A DNA stretch of 63,209 nucleotides, filler included, from Reclinomonas americana ATCC 50394 (GCA_048213135.1; 27 parts of 27 records of this genome joined end to end with filler, not necessarily neighbours in it); one strand, 5' to 3'. Numbered from the whole stretch's first letter, positions 21,695-34,640 are shown. Notes: generated from the letters alone by a model not told the origin. Program-made: numbers and translations.

Positions 21695-21843
21695 CTGAGC
21701 GCCGTGTCGACCTCACCCTTGTCGTAGCCGCGGAAGCCCACGGTGAACGCCGCCTGCGGCTCACGCGGGTTGGTCTCGATCAGCTGATCGAAGAAGTCGG
21801 GGGACCGCTCGTCGCGATCGGTGCTTCCGGAGGATTCGCTCAT
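21695..21843 (-). CDS. DivIVA-domain protein, N-terminal fragment
   Basis: FTVGFRGYDKGEVD motif. Confidence 0.75.
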
Positions 21844-22065
21844 GAGCTTCAAGCCTTTCTGGCGAGGCCACGTGGCGGAGCTGCGGCTCCGTCCCGCCGA
21901 GCGGGCAACACGTGGACCATGGGGGGAGGTCGTATGGGCTCACGCCGCGGCCGAGACCTGGTGGAGGTCAGGCCGTGCGCGGGCGCGCATACAGCCTAGT
22001 TCCGTCTCCTGCATCGTGCGCGGTCGGATTTCGTCGCGGTCATGGCGATCACCGCCGCCCGCTCG

Positions 22066-22371
22066 TCAGCGCGGGGCGACCAGGTGGTCCAGGACGAGTT
22101 CGCCCGTGGCGTTGAGGGCCTTCATCATGTCGGCGATCAGGTGCGGATCGACGGCGGGCGGCTCGGCGCTGTCGAATCCGAACTGCAGAGGGATCGCCGG
22201 ATGGATCCATACGGTGGCACGCTGATCCTCGCCGCCGTTGACAGGGCGCCACGTCATCATGAAGCTCTCCTGGCGGCGGAGCTTCGTCGCGATCACGATC
22301 TTCAGGTGCGCCAGGGTCTTGTCCTCGATGAGGATCGGATCCGAGGTGCCGTCGTACCGGAGTCTGCCCAT
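22066..22371 (-). CDS. Conserved Microbacteriaceae-type small protein
   Basis: MG.L.Y...IEDKTLAHLKIVIATKLRRQESF...WIHPAIPLQF pattern. Confidence 0.75.
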   Translation of the reverse strand: MGRLRYDGTSDPILIEDKTLAHLKIVIATKLRRQESFMMTWRPVNGGEDQRATVWIHPAIPLQFGFDSAEPPAVDPHLIADMMKALNATGELVLDHLVAPR

Positions 22372-22499
22372 CCTTGAACCGTACACCCGCGCGCACCCGT
22401 CTTTGCATGCCCGGGAATCGCCCGGCGCGCAATCCCCTTATGCCCCGACCCCCCTCGGGCTATTGTCACCGGATGACGGAGAACGGGGAGGCGAGTGGA

Positions 22500-22781
22500 A
22501 TGAGTGAGATGCGGACCATGGTGCGCACCCGGGTCACGGTCAACGACGTCGGGTTCTTCCTGGCGCAGGGACAGGATGTCGACGAACTGAAAGGGGAGAT
22601 CGAGTCCGCTGTCCGTGACGGTCCCCGGTTCGTCGAGTTCGTCGTGGTCGGCAACCGCTCGGTCAGCGTGCTCGTGTCGACGGCGACCCAGGTCGTGATC
22701 TCGGTCGACACCGTGCAGTACGACCATCGCGACAACGGCGATGACTCCGCTCCCTTCGGCGGGACGTTCGACCTGCTCTGA
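22500..22781 (+). CDS. Hypothetical protein
   Basis: High-GC codon pattern and SD GGAGG; start uncertain. Confidence 0.6.
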   Translation: MSEMRTMVRTRVTVNDVGFFLAQGQDVDELKGEIESAVRDGPRFVEFVVVGNRSVSVLVSTATQVVISVDTVQYDHRDNGDDSAPFGGTFDLL

Positions 22782-23036
22782 CCGTCGTGACGCGCGCACG
22801 GCGACACCCGGCATCCTCCGTCGACGTTCGCCGGTCGGCCGCATGCGCCCTGGTACGGTGACGGCGGAGGACACTGCGTCCCTGGGGCCGACCGAGCAAG
22901 AGAGTACGTCGAGATGAAGCGAGCATCCCGTTGGCGNNNNNNNNNNNNNNNNNNNNNNNNNNNNNNNNNNNNNNNNNNNNTTAATTAATTAANNNNNNNN
23001 NNNNNNNNNNNNNNNNNNNNNNNNNNNNNNNNNNNN

Positions 23037-24957
23037 TCCTCGCCCTGATCGTGGTGATCGTGGTGATCGTGCTGCTGGCTGCGGGAGCCGGAGTCGGACT
23101 CGTCGTCGGCGACGCCCTCGGGATCCGTGCGCAGCCCGCCGAGCGGATGGGTGGGGAGTCCCGCGCGGTCGAGACGGTGACGGCATCCGTCCCACCCCCT
23201 CGGATCACCGTGCTCGGCTACGGCGAGACCGAGCGGATGCGCGTCGCGGTCGACGAGCTCGACGCGGCGCTGTCCGCGGTCGAGACCAAGGGCAGCGCCA
23301 CGCTGACGATCGCGATGGGCGGTCCGCTCGCCGGCGAGATCGATGACGACACCTACGTCTTGACGGGCACGCCGGACGCACTGCGTATCGAGACGTCCGG
23401 CGAGGCCGGCGCGGCACGAGGCGTCTACGACATCGCGTCGGCGATCCGACAGGGGAAGGACATCGCGGCGGGCATCGGGATGCCGGTGACGTCGCGCCTC
23501 CCGTTCCGCATGGTCGATCTCGGCGCGGTCGGCGTGGCGGCCGATCCGGCCGAGTGGCTCCCGGGAACCGACTACTCGCACGCTTCAAAGGCGTTCGCGG
23601 ACGTGTTCCTCGCCGAGGCGCCGTACATCGACGAGGAGGCGCTCGCCGCGGCCTACGACGACTACGACGGATACCTCCGGAGGGTCATCGCGGACGGCTA
23701 CAACGCCATCTCCTTCCCCGGCTTCGTCGAGTTCGTGACCTTCGACGAGGTCGATGGCGTCTATGCGGACGGCGACGCGCACGTGGACAAGGCGCTCGCG
23801 CTGCGCGAAGCGTTCGGGCCGTTCTGGGACCGCGCCGAAGAGCTCGGGATGAAGGTGTTCCTGCGGACCGACATGCTCACGCTGACGTCGCCGCTCGAGG
23901 ACTACCTCACCGACCGTCTCGGTGCGCTCGACACCACGTCGCCGGAGCTCTGGGACGTGTACACCGCAGGGCTCGACGAGCTCTACGCGGCGGAACCCGC
24001 CCTCGACGGGGTGCTCATCCGCATCGGCGAGGCGGGGCGGGTGTACGACGTCGAGGGGTGGGACTACTACTCGGCGCTGGCCGTGACCACTCCCGAGGCG
24101 GTGCGGGCGATGCTCACGGCGCTCACCGGTCAGGCCGAGGAGTCCGGACGAGAGGTGATCTTCCGCACCTGGAGCGTCGGCGTCGGCGCCGTCGGTGACA
24201 TGCACACGAACGCCGCGTCGTACGAGGCCGTGCTCGGCGGGATCGACTCGCCCGCGCTGATCGTGTCGACGAAGTACACGCTCGGAGACTTCTACAGCTG
24301 GCTGCCGTTGAACGACACCCTGCAGCAGGGCGAGCAGCGGCGCATCGTCGAGTTCCAGAGCCGCCGCGAGTTCGAGAACAACGGGGCGTTCCCGAACGAC
24401 CTCGGCGCGGAGTACGCCTGGGCGCTGCAGGAGCTGCTCGCATCGAACGAGCACATCGAGGGCATCTGGGCGTGGGCGCAGGACGGCGGCCCGTGGCGCG
24501 CCGGGCCGATGATCCTCTACGACAAGGCGGGCTTCTGGCAGCTCGCGGATCTGAACTCGCAGCTGGCCGTGCAGCTCGCGCGCGATCCGGACGCGGACCC
24601 CGCCGAGATCACGGCCGGATGGGCGAGGGAGTGGTTCTCCGACGACCCGGCCACCGTTCAGGCGATCGCGGAGGCGATGGCGCTGTCGCGGACCGCGATC
24701 GAGCAGGGGCTGTACATCCCGCCGTTCGCCGAGCAGCGCGTCTCGGCGATCGGACCCGAGCCTCCGCCCATGATGTGGATCTTCGAATGGGACATCCTCA
24801 CCGGCGACTCCGCGGTGCTCGACGTGATCTACACGATCTCCCGGGACAGACTCGACGAGGCCGTGCAGGGCGGCGACGTGGCCTCCGAAGCCGTGGCGCG
24901 GATGCGCACGCTGATCGAGGGACCGACCCGTCGACCTGGCGCGACCCCGGGCTGCGG
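23037..24957 (+). CDS. Large membrane-anchored glycoside-hydrolase-like protein, partial
   Basis: N-terminal TM segment, then a GH20/GH67-like accessory domain (YVLTG...IET.GEAGAARGVY) and TIM-barrel-like segments. Confidence 0.6.
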
Positions 24958-25057
24958 NNNNNNNNNNNNNNNNNNNNNNNNNNNNNNNNNNNNNNNNNNN
25001 NTTAATTAATTAANNNNNNNNNNNNNNNNNNNNNNNNNNNNNNNNNNNNNNNNNNNN

Positions 25058-25242
25058 GCGGCGAGGTCGTCCTTGCGCAGGATGTACCAGCTCGTCGCAC
25101 CGCTCCAGGCCGTGGTCAGCGCCAGGAGACTGAGGCCGAGCAAGGCGGTCGAGCGGCGAACGGTGAAGCTGCGGCGGGCGAGGAGGCCGGTCACGGCAAG
25201 CTCGTGGCCTGCGGCTTGGGCACGGGAATCGAAGGAGGTCAT
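25058..25242 (-). CDS. Probable M23 peptidase N-terminus, partial
   Basis: TM segment with WS.ATSWYIL.KDDL; located downstream of bcp. Confidence 0.5.
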
Positions 25243-25342
25243 ACGCAAAACCGACAGTGACGCTGCGATAGGGTGATTAGACCTCGTTAGGGTTAATCAA
25301 TCGCAAATCGCACGGGGTTTTGCGGAGATCCGAGCCGTGGCC

Positions 25343-25807
25343 TCAGAGTTCGCGCACGGCTGCGAGCACGGCTTCGGCATGGCCCTTGACCCGGACCTTG
25401 GCCCAGACGCGGACGATCTTGCCGGCCTCGTCGATCAGGAAGGTGCTGCGCTCCACGCCCATATAATGGCGGCCATACATCTGCTTCTCGACCCAGAGGC
25501 CATAGGCCTCGATCGCCTTGCGCTCCTCGTCCGAGACCAGCGTCAGCTTCAGGCCATATTTCTGCTTGAACTTGTCGTGGCGCTTCACCGAATCCGGCGA
25601 GATGCCGAGCACCGTCGCACCGGCCGCGGCGAAGTCGTCGCGCAGCGCGTCGAATGACAGCGCCTCATTGGTGCAGCTCGTCGTGTCGTCCTGAGGGTAG
25701 GCATACAGCACGACCTTGCGTCCACGCAGGCTGGAGAGCGTGAGCGCGCCGCCGCCATCTGTCGGCAAGGTGAAGTCGGGGGCCGACATGCCTTCGTTCA
25801 ACGCCAT
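25343..25807 (-). CDS. bcp: Peroxiredoxin BCP/PrxQ
   Basis: YAYPQDDTTSCTNEA, GISPDS, RSTFLIDE.G, KVRVKGHAE. Confidence 0.93.
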   Translation of the reverse strand: MALNEGMSAPDFTLPTDGGGALTLSSLRGRKVVLYAYPQDDTTSCTNEALSFDALRDDFAAAGATVLGISPDSVKRHDKFKQKYGLKLTLVSDEERKAIEAYGLWVEKQMYGRHYMGVERSTFLIDEAGKIVRVWAKVRVKGHAEAVLAAVREL

Positions 25808-25996
25808 CTCCGCCTTCCTTTGGTCGCGTTCCCATGCAAGGGCCGGACAAGCCGCAAGCGATAAGCCGGCTCAGACCACAAACCAGATCCGCCGGGAACG
25901 AATCAGCTAGCTTGGCTGTTGCTGTACCGCTCCCGGGATCAGGCGCATCATGCGAACGGCGCGGCGGCCCTTGCACCAGCCATCGCATCGATCCGC

Positions 25997-26326
25997 ATGA
26001 TTCGAAAAGCAAGACAAGAAGCGATTCGTTGACCGACGACAGCAAGATCGAGACGCCCCCCGCATCCGGGCCTGCGCCCGACGCGGAATGCCAGGAAGTG
26101 GCCGCCGTCGCCAAGCGCGCCTGGCGCGGCATCGTCACCATTGCGCTCACGGTCTGCGTCGCGGTCGTGATGCTCGGTTTCGTGGCAGCCGCCTTGCTGG
26201 TCAGCGGCTTCATCCCGCTCTCGGGGCTCGAGGGCCGCATCTCCACGGCCATCGAGGAGCGGCTCGGGCCGAACTGGAAGGTCACGGCCGAGCACGCCCA
26301 GCTCGACCGGCTCGATGGCCGTTCGC
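25997..26326 (+). CDS. AsmA/YhdP-like protein N-terminus, partial
   Basis: TM helix then G.IPL..L..RI..AIEERLG; divergent from bcp; start uncertain. Confidence 0.5.
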
Positions 26327-26426
26327 NNNNNNNNNNNNNNNNNNNNNNNNNNNNNNNNNNNNNNNNNNNNTTAATTAATTAANNNNNNNNNNNNNNNNNN
26401 NNNNNNNNNNNNNNNNNNNNNNNNNN

Positions 26427-28362
26427 CATCCAGTGGCGTGCCGCCTCGAGTTCCACAACTGGCCTTTGTGCACAGTTCGGCGGCGCGCACCGATGATGTC
26501 GCCGGCTCGCCGCGCATGGCGGCAGATGGTATGGCGTCGCCTCCGCGCTCAGCACGGTCCACCATCAGCATGCAAGCCACGTTCCCCACACCACCGGCGA
26601 GCGCGCGTGGGCGTGCGTCTCCGAGTGCCATCAACGCGCTCCCGCAGGCCGCCATTCCTGCCCGCCTGGAGATGCCCACCATTCCGACGCTGCCGCTCGA
26701 AGTGATGGTGGTGGCTCCGGCCGGGCCCAATTCCGACAGACGGTCGGTGGCGTTGGACGGAACAGTGGCTGCACGCATGTACATTGTGCCGCCGGAGGCC
26801 GTGGGTCTGGAGAACACGCATGCGCCGCTGGTATGACGTGAAAATGTCCCCTCTGCTGCATTATCGTGTGTCTCGTGTGGCTGACTTGTGAATTGTGTGT
26901 GCGCAGCGGGTGAACTGCATTGGCGAGCTCGATTTCTACGAGTACTTTGTGCCGGCTGCCGATCGCATGCTCGTGGTCGACATGAACACCGACGAGGACT
27001 CCCCACCGCCAGCATCGGCTCCGAGTTCACGCCCTTCATCGCGGCAACGGCGTCGCCAGCACCCCTCGCCACGCACGTTCCTCGGCTCGAAGCCGCAAGG
27101 TTTGCACTTGTCACGATCGTCCACGAATCGTGATGGCTGGCTCATGTCTCTGCGACGCACAGTACCATTCGTGTCGTCGGTGATTAGTCCGCGAGTGACG
27201 GAAAAGCTCGAGTTTGAGCGACAGCGACAATTGTCGCCGGAGCTGCTCGAGGAGTACACGCCGCGAGTCAGGTACACTTACTGTCTGTGTGTGTGTGTGT
27301 GTGTGAGTGCACTCTCGCTGGCAGGGAGCATTCTTTAATTACTGTCGTGCCAGACCTGTAAGTGCCACGTACTGGGCATCGGGACCGACCAGCCCGCAGC
27401 GCAGGCGCGTTGAATCGCAGCAAGGCAACCGTGTACGCCGCAAGCCGACGGTGCACGAGATCCTGACCAAGGACAATGTGCCAACCGTCCGCCGTGCCTT
27501 CAAGCGCTCGCTCGACCGCTTCGTGACGATGAACGCTCGTCGACAGATGGAGTTTGCACGCGAGCATCGATACCAGCAGCGACAGACGCTCTTCCAGCAC
27601 CCATCGGAATTCGCCATTTCTGCCGAACACCCACTGCCGCGCATCTCACCGCGCTGGCGACGCGAGACGCCAGCAGACCCGGTACGCCCGCGTTGTGTGA
27701 TGCTTGTGTACTTTTATGCTTGCGCCCTTACTAATTTTGTGTCGAGTAGATGACTCGCGGAGACGAGTTCATGTCGACCTCACCAGTCGTTGCGTCTCTC
27801 CTCTCTTCTGTCTTTCAATACGTTTCTGTTCCTCACACGGCGTGTCCATTGTTGCAGGAGCCGCCTTCACCCCTGACGCCGTCGGAAGTGACGCTGCGTG
27901 CGCCGGTGCGACGGGGAGCGTTCCGACCGCCTTCGTCGACGCGAGGGGGTGCCGACGACAGTGAGTCGTCACAGCCGTCGCCGCCGACACCGGGACCGCC
28001 ACCGAGTTTGAGCGATCGCGACAGCGTCAAGGCGTCGGTAAGTGCACGGAGTGGCGAGGTGGTGGTGCTCTCTTGCTGCAAGCGATCAACTCAACTCACC
28101 GAGTTGGTTGTGCGCGCGCCAGGGTGTTACATTCTTCCGCACCCGCCGCATTGTGTACTCGCCCTCACAGCATCGCACCGGTCGTGTGAAGGACACATCG
28201 GGCGACTTGTACATTGACTCGTCTTCGCGGCGCGTCGGCAGTCGCCAGTCGCCGCCGTCGAGAAACGAGCACGATTTTGATCAGTGGCGCCACCAAGGCC
28301 CCTACCCCGAGGTCACCCTCGATGAGTTGTCGCAGCTCTCCGACGGCTACGATGACTATTAG
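26427..28362 (+). CDS. Unknown eukaryotic multi-exon Pro/Ser-rich protein, 5' partial
   Basis: Coding-like blocks separated by GT..AG introns; ends ...SDGYDDY*. Confidence 0.55.
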
Positions 28363-28496
28363 AAACGGTGGCAGCACCTGTTGTTGTTGTTGTCGTCGTC
28401 GTCAAGTTGTTGTAACGCGTAATTGAAAAATATGGAACTGTTTATTGTTGTGCATCAACCTCTCCCGGTCGCGACTGCCATTCGTCGTGCGGCTGC

Positions 28497-31082
28497 TCAC
28501 AGCGGAACGTTGTCGAGGAAGCGCTGGAACATGTTCATCGATCTCTCTGGTTGCGTGGCGGGCGCCAAGTGGCCTGCAACACAACAACGCAATCAGTAAC
28601 CACGAATCGGCTTGGCAATCAGTGGAAAGAAGAGCGTACGCACCGGCGAAACGAACAGTGGTGAAGGTGATGACCTTGCGACCAGTCGGATCCGTGTACT
28701 CCTCGACACGGCCGCCGACCTGGTTGTTGATGGTCCACGCACGGTAGTTGACGCTGCGCGTCAGAAGCTGACCGAGCCAAGTGCGAGTGGAGGTGAATGG
28801 CACCACACTGCATGTCGAACACGTCAATGGCGTCAGTGCATTGCAGCGAGACGGGGGAAGAGGGGGGGAGCATGCATCACCTGTCGACATCGCCAGAGTA
28901 CAGCAGAATGCGCAGCTGGTAGGGGAAGAGCTGCACGTACGTCGGCAACATCGAGCGCGCAATGCTGTCCTGCGAGTAGTTGACTGCGTCGCTGCAAATG
29001 TTCCAGCGGAACTTGGGCGGCAGCGTGCGGCGATTCACGTGGAGCGCCGCCTGCACATCAGGGCGGTTGAGGTAGCCTGTGTAGCAATACACATAGCAGT
29101 GAGCGCGTCGGTGTGCTCGGCAACCTGTGACAGAGACTTGATAAACAAACCAGACACCCAGTTGTCAATGCACGGGTCGGCCGGTGTGTCGCCGACACGC
29201 GCCGACTGCTGCACGCGATCGTGGACATCGCGAACGACGCGGTAGGGTGAGTGCGGGTTGGCCTCGGCGATCTTGCGCACAAGACGGTGGGCGGCGTTCT
29301 AAACGCAAAAAATGGTGAGCAACTGATCACTGCTCCCAGTGCGACAACACACGGACACGCAACGTCGCCACTGCTGAGGCACACTGGGCGGTACAGGTCG
29401 TCTGTAGGAGAGAGGAGAGGCATGAGCGACGTCGCCATCACTTCGTGTCGGGCGGAAAGGGGGACAAAACGCAACACATGTCAATGTTGCCGGCCTCCTT
29501 GCTTGCCACCTGCTGCGCGGCATCACACTCGGCCGGATCCACCGACGGTGCAAACGGACCACCGCAGTACTGGTTGAGGCTGGTGTAGGTAGAGTTGGAG
29601 ATGGTGGCCGTGTTCCACCACATGCGAGTGGTGCCCCACTGCAGCACAACGTGAGATCGACAGTGTTTGAAAAAGTGTACGAATATACACAAACACACAC
29701 AAACCTGGTTGACGTCTCCCCATGTGTACGGGTTGCCTGCGATCGACGGTCGTCAGCGACAGTGGGGGAGGACACAAACACACTCGACAAGCACACACCA
29801 ATCATAAAGCCGACCAGGTTGATGTCAATCTACACGCGCGAAGAGAGATTGTGTTAATAACAACAACAGGCGCAAGCAAACTCCTCTCTACGCACGTTGC
29901 GGCGATCGGCATTGCCTTGCAGAATAGCCATGGCCAGGTCGGGGACGTAGTGACCGGCTGCAGACACAATAACAGACATTAGCACAAGCACAAGTGACAA
30001 GCTCACCGACAGCACTGAGATCTCACTCACCATACGATTCGCCAGTGATCCAGAACGGGCGACCCTGCAGATCGGGGTACTTGGCAAAGAACTTTTGCAA
30101 AAATAGGTACGAGTCGGCTGCGATGGATTGATGAGCACCACGTGCAAACCGCGAAAAGAGGCAGTGCAGACACGAATGCACGCAACAAGCCGTCTTGTTG
30201 TCATTCGTCGTGTAATCCTGCATGTTATCCGAGTAGCTGAAGCCCACACCCGCCGGGCTCTCCAAGTACAGCATGTTCGCGTAGCGGTTCCAGCTGAACG
30301 GGTTGGGTTGCACATTCAGGTCCTGCGGCGCACATAAAATGAGCACGGTTATCGCTCGTGCTTGGTTGTGCACGTCAAGCTCACCGGATTCGGCCAGAAG
30401 GGACCTGTAACACGAGTGAGAACGTGTGCAGCAAGGAATAGCAGGCGGCGGAGGGAACGCACCATTCTCCTCGAGCGCGGCAGTCAGTGACGAGCAGCCA
30501 GGGCCACCTGTTGTACACACACAGAGATAGAGTGAGCACGAGATGGTGAAGGGGTGAGTTGTGCGAGTAATGTGCACACCATTGAGCCACAACACAACCG
30601 GATCAGTGGCAGGGTTGCGTTGGCTCTGGAAGTACCAGTAGAACAGATTGCTGCACAAGAGAGTGGAAAAATGAGGCCCGACGCACGCATCTTCCCTCAC
30701 TCAAAAACACACACACAAACCGATTGTGAGAAGCATCCACAGTCAAGTACCCAGCGTAGTGCTTGAATGGCACTTGCTGATCGTATCCAGGCAAGTCAGT
30801 GACACGATCACTCTCTGTGCGTGCATGATGAGTGGGGGTCAATGTCAAGGATTCTCCGACAAACTCCCCCCTCTGCATGCAAACTCGTGGCAGACAGCAG
30901 AACGACGGAGAACATGTGTGTGTGCGTGCAAGGAGTCACGTGACTGCGTGGTGTGTGTCTGTTTGTGTGCGTGTGCGTGTGTGAAAGTGCGGACCATCTG
31001 CCATGGCGCTTGACACCGCCACCGCAAGCAGCAGCGCAACCACGGTTGCTGCGCCAACAGTCCACACAGACCGAGAACGCAT
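28497..31082 (-). CDS. Serine carboxypeptidase (peptidase S10), multi-exon
   Basis: Signal peptide, LFYWYF, WLNGGPGCSS, SPAGVGFSY, GESY (catalytic Ser), YSGDVD, FAGH (catalytic His). Confidence 0.95.
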
Positions 31083-32007
31083 GTCTCTCTCAAAAACAAA
31101 CGACGAAGAGAACGAGGTGGCGAGCGTGTTCCGGCGCGAGTCTGTCCCACTGTAGACTGCGTTTCTATTCTCATGGCCGCTGCAGCGAGTGCAAGTCGTG
31201 CTTTCGACCTCGGTGAATCCAGAGAGGCAGCCGAGATTGCGGTGCGTGCTTGGTCGTGAAGAGTGCGGCACGTCGCAGCTGCAGATGATCGCCGCAGCGA
31301 TTGCGACCAACTGCAGCTGCATGCGGATCCGGAGTCTCTTTGATCTCGAGCTCGTGTACCGAGACATAACACCTCAGGTGATGGGTGTAGTACTCACTGC
31401 CGCTTTGCGTGTGCAGTCCACCTCGTGGCCGGCGCCGATATCGCGATCGATCGTGCATGTCGCTATTGAGATCTCTGCTGCAGCGGTGCCGGCCGACGTG
31501 GAGCTCGAGGATCGGGTACAGAGGCACCGGTACGCACTCGAGCAGCGAGTGGCAGCGATTATGGTCCGGCACCAGCGTCCTCCTCGATCAGTGCGTGTTG
31601 CGATCGGATTCGTTTGAATTCGCAAACGAGGCTGCGAAACCTGTTAATCTGGCGGCACACAGAGGTTCTGCACATCGCATGTGCACACGTATGTGCACCG
31701 GGGATAACTCGCCGGCGATGGATCGGGAGACGACGTCGACGTCGAGCGCAGCGCTCGCTGCGCTGCGGCAAATGAATTCAAATTTCGCGATCGTAATCGC
31801 CAACGATGTGCAGTTCTACTCCACCACGCTATCCACCGCCGCACCCGCAGTACACACACGCTCAAGGCAACTGTTTTTCACTCACTCACAAATCCACCCA
31901 TCCACCGAGCCGACCGGTATTTGGCGTTGTGTGTCCTTGGGCGGGAAAAAAACTTGTGAAGTGTGTGTGTGTGTGCGTGCGAGTGAGTGCGTCACAGCAG
32001 CAGCGCA

Positions 32008-32808
32008 ATGGCCACGACGACCGACAGTGGCAAGGTGGTGCCTGCGGGCATCAAGCCGCTGTTTGTGACAGAAACGACACAAAAGATGTTTGCGATTGTG
32101 CCTGGTGAGGATGTGAGCGAGGCGGCGCGGTGGAAGTTTCTTCGACGCGACGACATGTTGGCTGATCAACACGGCTCCAAACGCGGTGTGACAAGCTGTT
32201 GGCGCGCGGCCAAGGCCGAGCTGGAGGACTTCAAGGGCGAGGAAGTGCTCATTGTCTTTGACCCTGACTGGGTCTACGACACCAACTTTTATCTGTGTCT
32301 CACCCCGGAGACCATCGAGGCTGAGATGCAGGTGTGTGTCTGTTTGTGTGCGCGCATTGCAATCACAAAATCGATCAGTCATTCTCTCCTCTCTTTCTTC
32401 TTCTTCTTCTCTCGCTCACACACGCTCACTCTCCCTCCTTCTCCTTCCTCTTCTTCTTCTCTCTCTCTCTCTCTCTCTTGCTCTTCGTCTCACGCCACCC
32501 TTCTCCTTTCAGCGAAAACGCGACATGGAGGCAGCAGCGGCGGCGGCGGCTGATGCGGCGGCTGACAAGGGCGACGAGGCGGCCTCTGGCGAGGATAAGA
32601 AGGTGGTGCCCGACCGGTGGATCTCTCTCGGCAGTGAGTACGAGATCGATGCGCAAAAGGTGGTCCCGCGACGCGAACGACTCGTCTACGAGGTGGCCAG
32701 GCGGCGCAAGTTCTTCAACAGGCAGTTGCAGGTTCGCGCGCGCGTGTGCATGTGTTTATGTGGGCTTTTTCTGCGTTGTTCTCGCTGTTCTCACTTGTCG
32801 CGCGCGCG
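32008..32808 (+). CDS. DNAI3: Axonemal dynein intermediate chain DNAI3/WDR63 (IC140), N-terminal part
   Basis: PLFVT..TQ.MF...GEDV, VLIVFD.DW.Y..NFYLC.T, WISLGSE.EI; recognised from family memory, not a search. Confidence 0.8.
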
Positions 32809-32908
32809 NNNNNNNNNNNNNNNNNNNNNNNNNNNNNNNNNNNNNNNNNNNNTTAATTAATTAANNNNNNNNNNNNNNNNNNNNNNNNNNNNNNNNNNNN
32901 NNNNNNNN

Positions 32909-33970
32909 GCCCGATGCGGCGGCCAAGGCGGCCGTGCTAGAGGCGGCGCGTGCGGCGCTATCCGGCGGCCAGGTCGTCGACCGGACCGTGATCGAGGCGA
33001 GCCCGCGCGGTGGTCCCGACTATGGCGAGGCGACGCGTTTTGCCCTCGGTCTCCTCGGCAAGATGGCGCAAGGCAGCGTCTCGCTGGCCGGATCCGCCCT
33101 CAGCCTCACCGGCGCGGTGGCGGACAAGGCCGGCTGGCAAGCCTTGGAGGACACCCTGAAGGGCAAGGTGCTGCCGGCAGGGCTCGCGCTTTCGGGCCGG
33201 CCGGCGCTCACCTTGCTCAGCTACGGCTTCAGTGCCTCGATCGACAGGTCCGGCGGCTATCTCAGCGGCTATTGCCCGACACGGCGGCCAAGGAGGCGAT
33301 CGCGACGCTGATCGAGGCCTCGCCTTTGCGTGGCCGGATCAGCGACGAGACCGAGATCCTGCCGGCGGCGCCGACCGGGTTCGGGGTTGCCGCACGTGGT
33401 GTGGTGCAGGATCTGCTGCGGCTCGATCTGGGCTCGGCCAGCGTGGTCGATCGCGAGGTCAATGTCCGCGGATTGACCTGCCGCGGGCTGATCCGCGACG
33501 AGGTCGAGACCAATCTGGCGAGTGGCCTGCCTGACGGCTTCTCCGGCAAGGCCGAGGTCGGGATGCGCCAGACCGGCTGCGTCATCGATCCGCCGAGCAC
33601 CTGCCAGAACGAGCTCGATGCGTTGACCCAGCGCTACTACGTGATGTTCGGCCAGGGGACCGCTGTGGTGACGCTCGATCCGGTGACGGAGCGGGCCATG
33701 ACCGAGGCGGCCGCCATCCTCAAGCAGTGCCCGACCTCGCGCGTCACCATCGAGGGGCACGCCAATCTCGATGGCGAGCGCAGCGGCTTCAACAATCTCG
33801 ACCTGTCGAACCGGCGGGCGTTGCGGGTTCGCGAGGAGCTGCTGCGCCGCGGCATCGGCCCGGCCCAGCTCGAGGTCAAGGGCTACGGCACCGATCGGCC
33901 GCTGGTTGCCCATGGCGATCCGGAGGCGCGGGTGAAGAACCGCCGCGTCCAGTTCACCGTGTCGAAATAG
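32909..33970 (+). CDS. OmpA-family protein with BON-like repeats, partial, apparent frameshift near 33270
   Basis: C-terminal IEGH...NLDLSNRRA..V...GYG..RP...NRRVQF. Confidence 0.85.
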   Translation, partial: ARCGGQGGRARGGACGAIRRPGRRPDRDRGEPARWSRLWRGDAFCPRSPRQDGARQRLAGRIRPQPHRRGGGQGRLASLGGHPEGQGAAGRARAFGPAGAHLAQLRLQCLDRQVRRLSQRLLPDTAAKEAIATLIEASPLRGRISDETEILPAAPTGFGVAARGVVQDLLRLDLGSASVVDREVNVRGLTCRGLIRDEVETNLASGLPDGFSGKAEVGMRQTGCVIDPPSTCQNELDALTQRYYVMFGQGTAVVTLDPVTERAMTEAAAILKQCPTSRVTIEGHANLDGERSGFNNLDLSNRRALRVREELLRRGIGPAQLEVKGYGTDRPLVAHGDPEARVKNRRVQFTVSK

Positions 33971-34189
33971 GAGACTGGCGATGCTCTATCTCGCGACCCA
34001 GTTCGCCTGGTTCCTCCTCGCCGCCTTCGCGATGGGCCTGGTCTTCGGCTGGCTGACCGGCCGCGGCGGCCCGCGCGGCTTCGCCAGTGNNNNNNNNNNN
34101 NNNNNNNNNNNNNNNNNNNNNNNNNNNNNNNNNTTAATTAATTAANNNNNNNNNNNNNNNNNNNNNNNNNNNNNNNNNNNNNNNNNNNN

Positions 34190-34544
34190 GTGCCATGGTC
34201 AGGAGTCCGCCGCGCGAGGTTCCGACGAAGACGCCGTCCTCGACCCCGGTCGCCGCCAGGACCTGCATGAGGTCGTCGAGTTCGACGCGGATGTCGTAGT
34301 CGTGCCAGTCCTTGGCGTAGTCGGAGCGGCCGCGGCCACGATAGTCGAGCGCCAGCACCCGCCGCGGTCCGTCCTCCGCCAGCGCCAGCGCGAGCTCGTG
34401 GAAATCGGCGGAGGTGCGGGCGAGTCCAGGCAGGCAGATGATCGGCAGTAAGGAAGCCGCTTGCGGCCCATATTCGCGGACATGCAGCTTCAGCCCGTCA
34501 CGGGCGCTGATGAAATGGGAGCGGAAGCCGGTATCGGAATTCAT
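34190..34544 (-). CDS. Alpha/beta hydrolase, partial
   Basis: CLPGLAR, DYRGRGRS, GTSRGG nucleophile elbow. Confidence 0.9.
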
Positions 34545-34640
34545 GCGGGAGGACTCGAAGCAGGGCGGGCGTCTTGCACCTAACCATGCTGGTGCGGTGG
34601 ACGAAAGCGCGGCTCGGCTCTGCGATTCAGCGGCAACGCT

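Noticed and set aside
31100..31990. Gene or structured RNA between the carboxypeptidase and DNAI3
   Set aside because: Several short overlapping ORFs with no motif and no convincing fold; cannot be supported.
33260..33280. Pseudogene or programmed frameshift in the OmpA gene (also near 6685 and 24920)
   Set aside because: Single-base indels in otherwise intact genes on short contigs; sequencing error is more likely.
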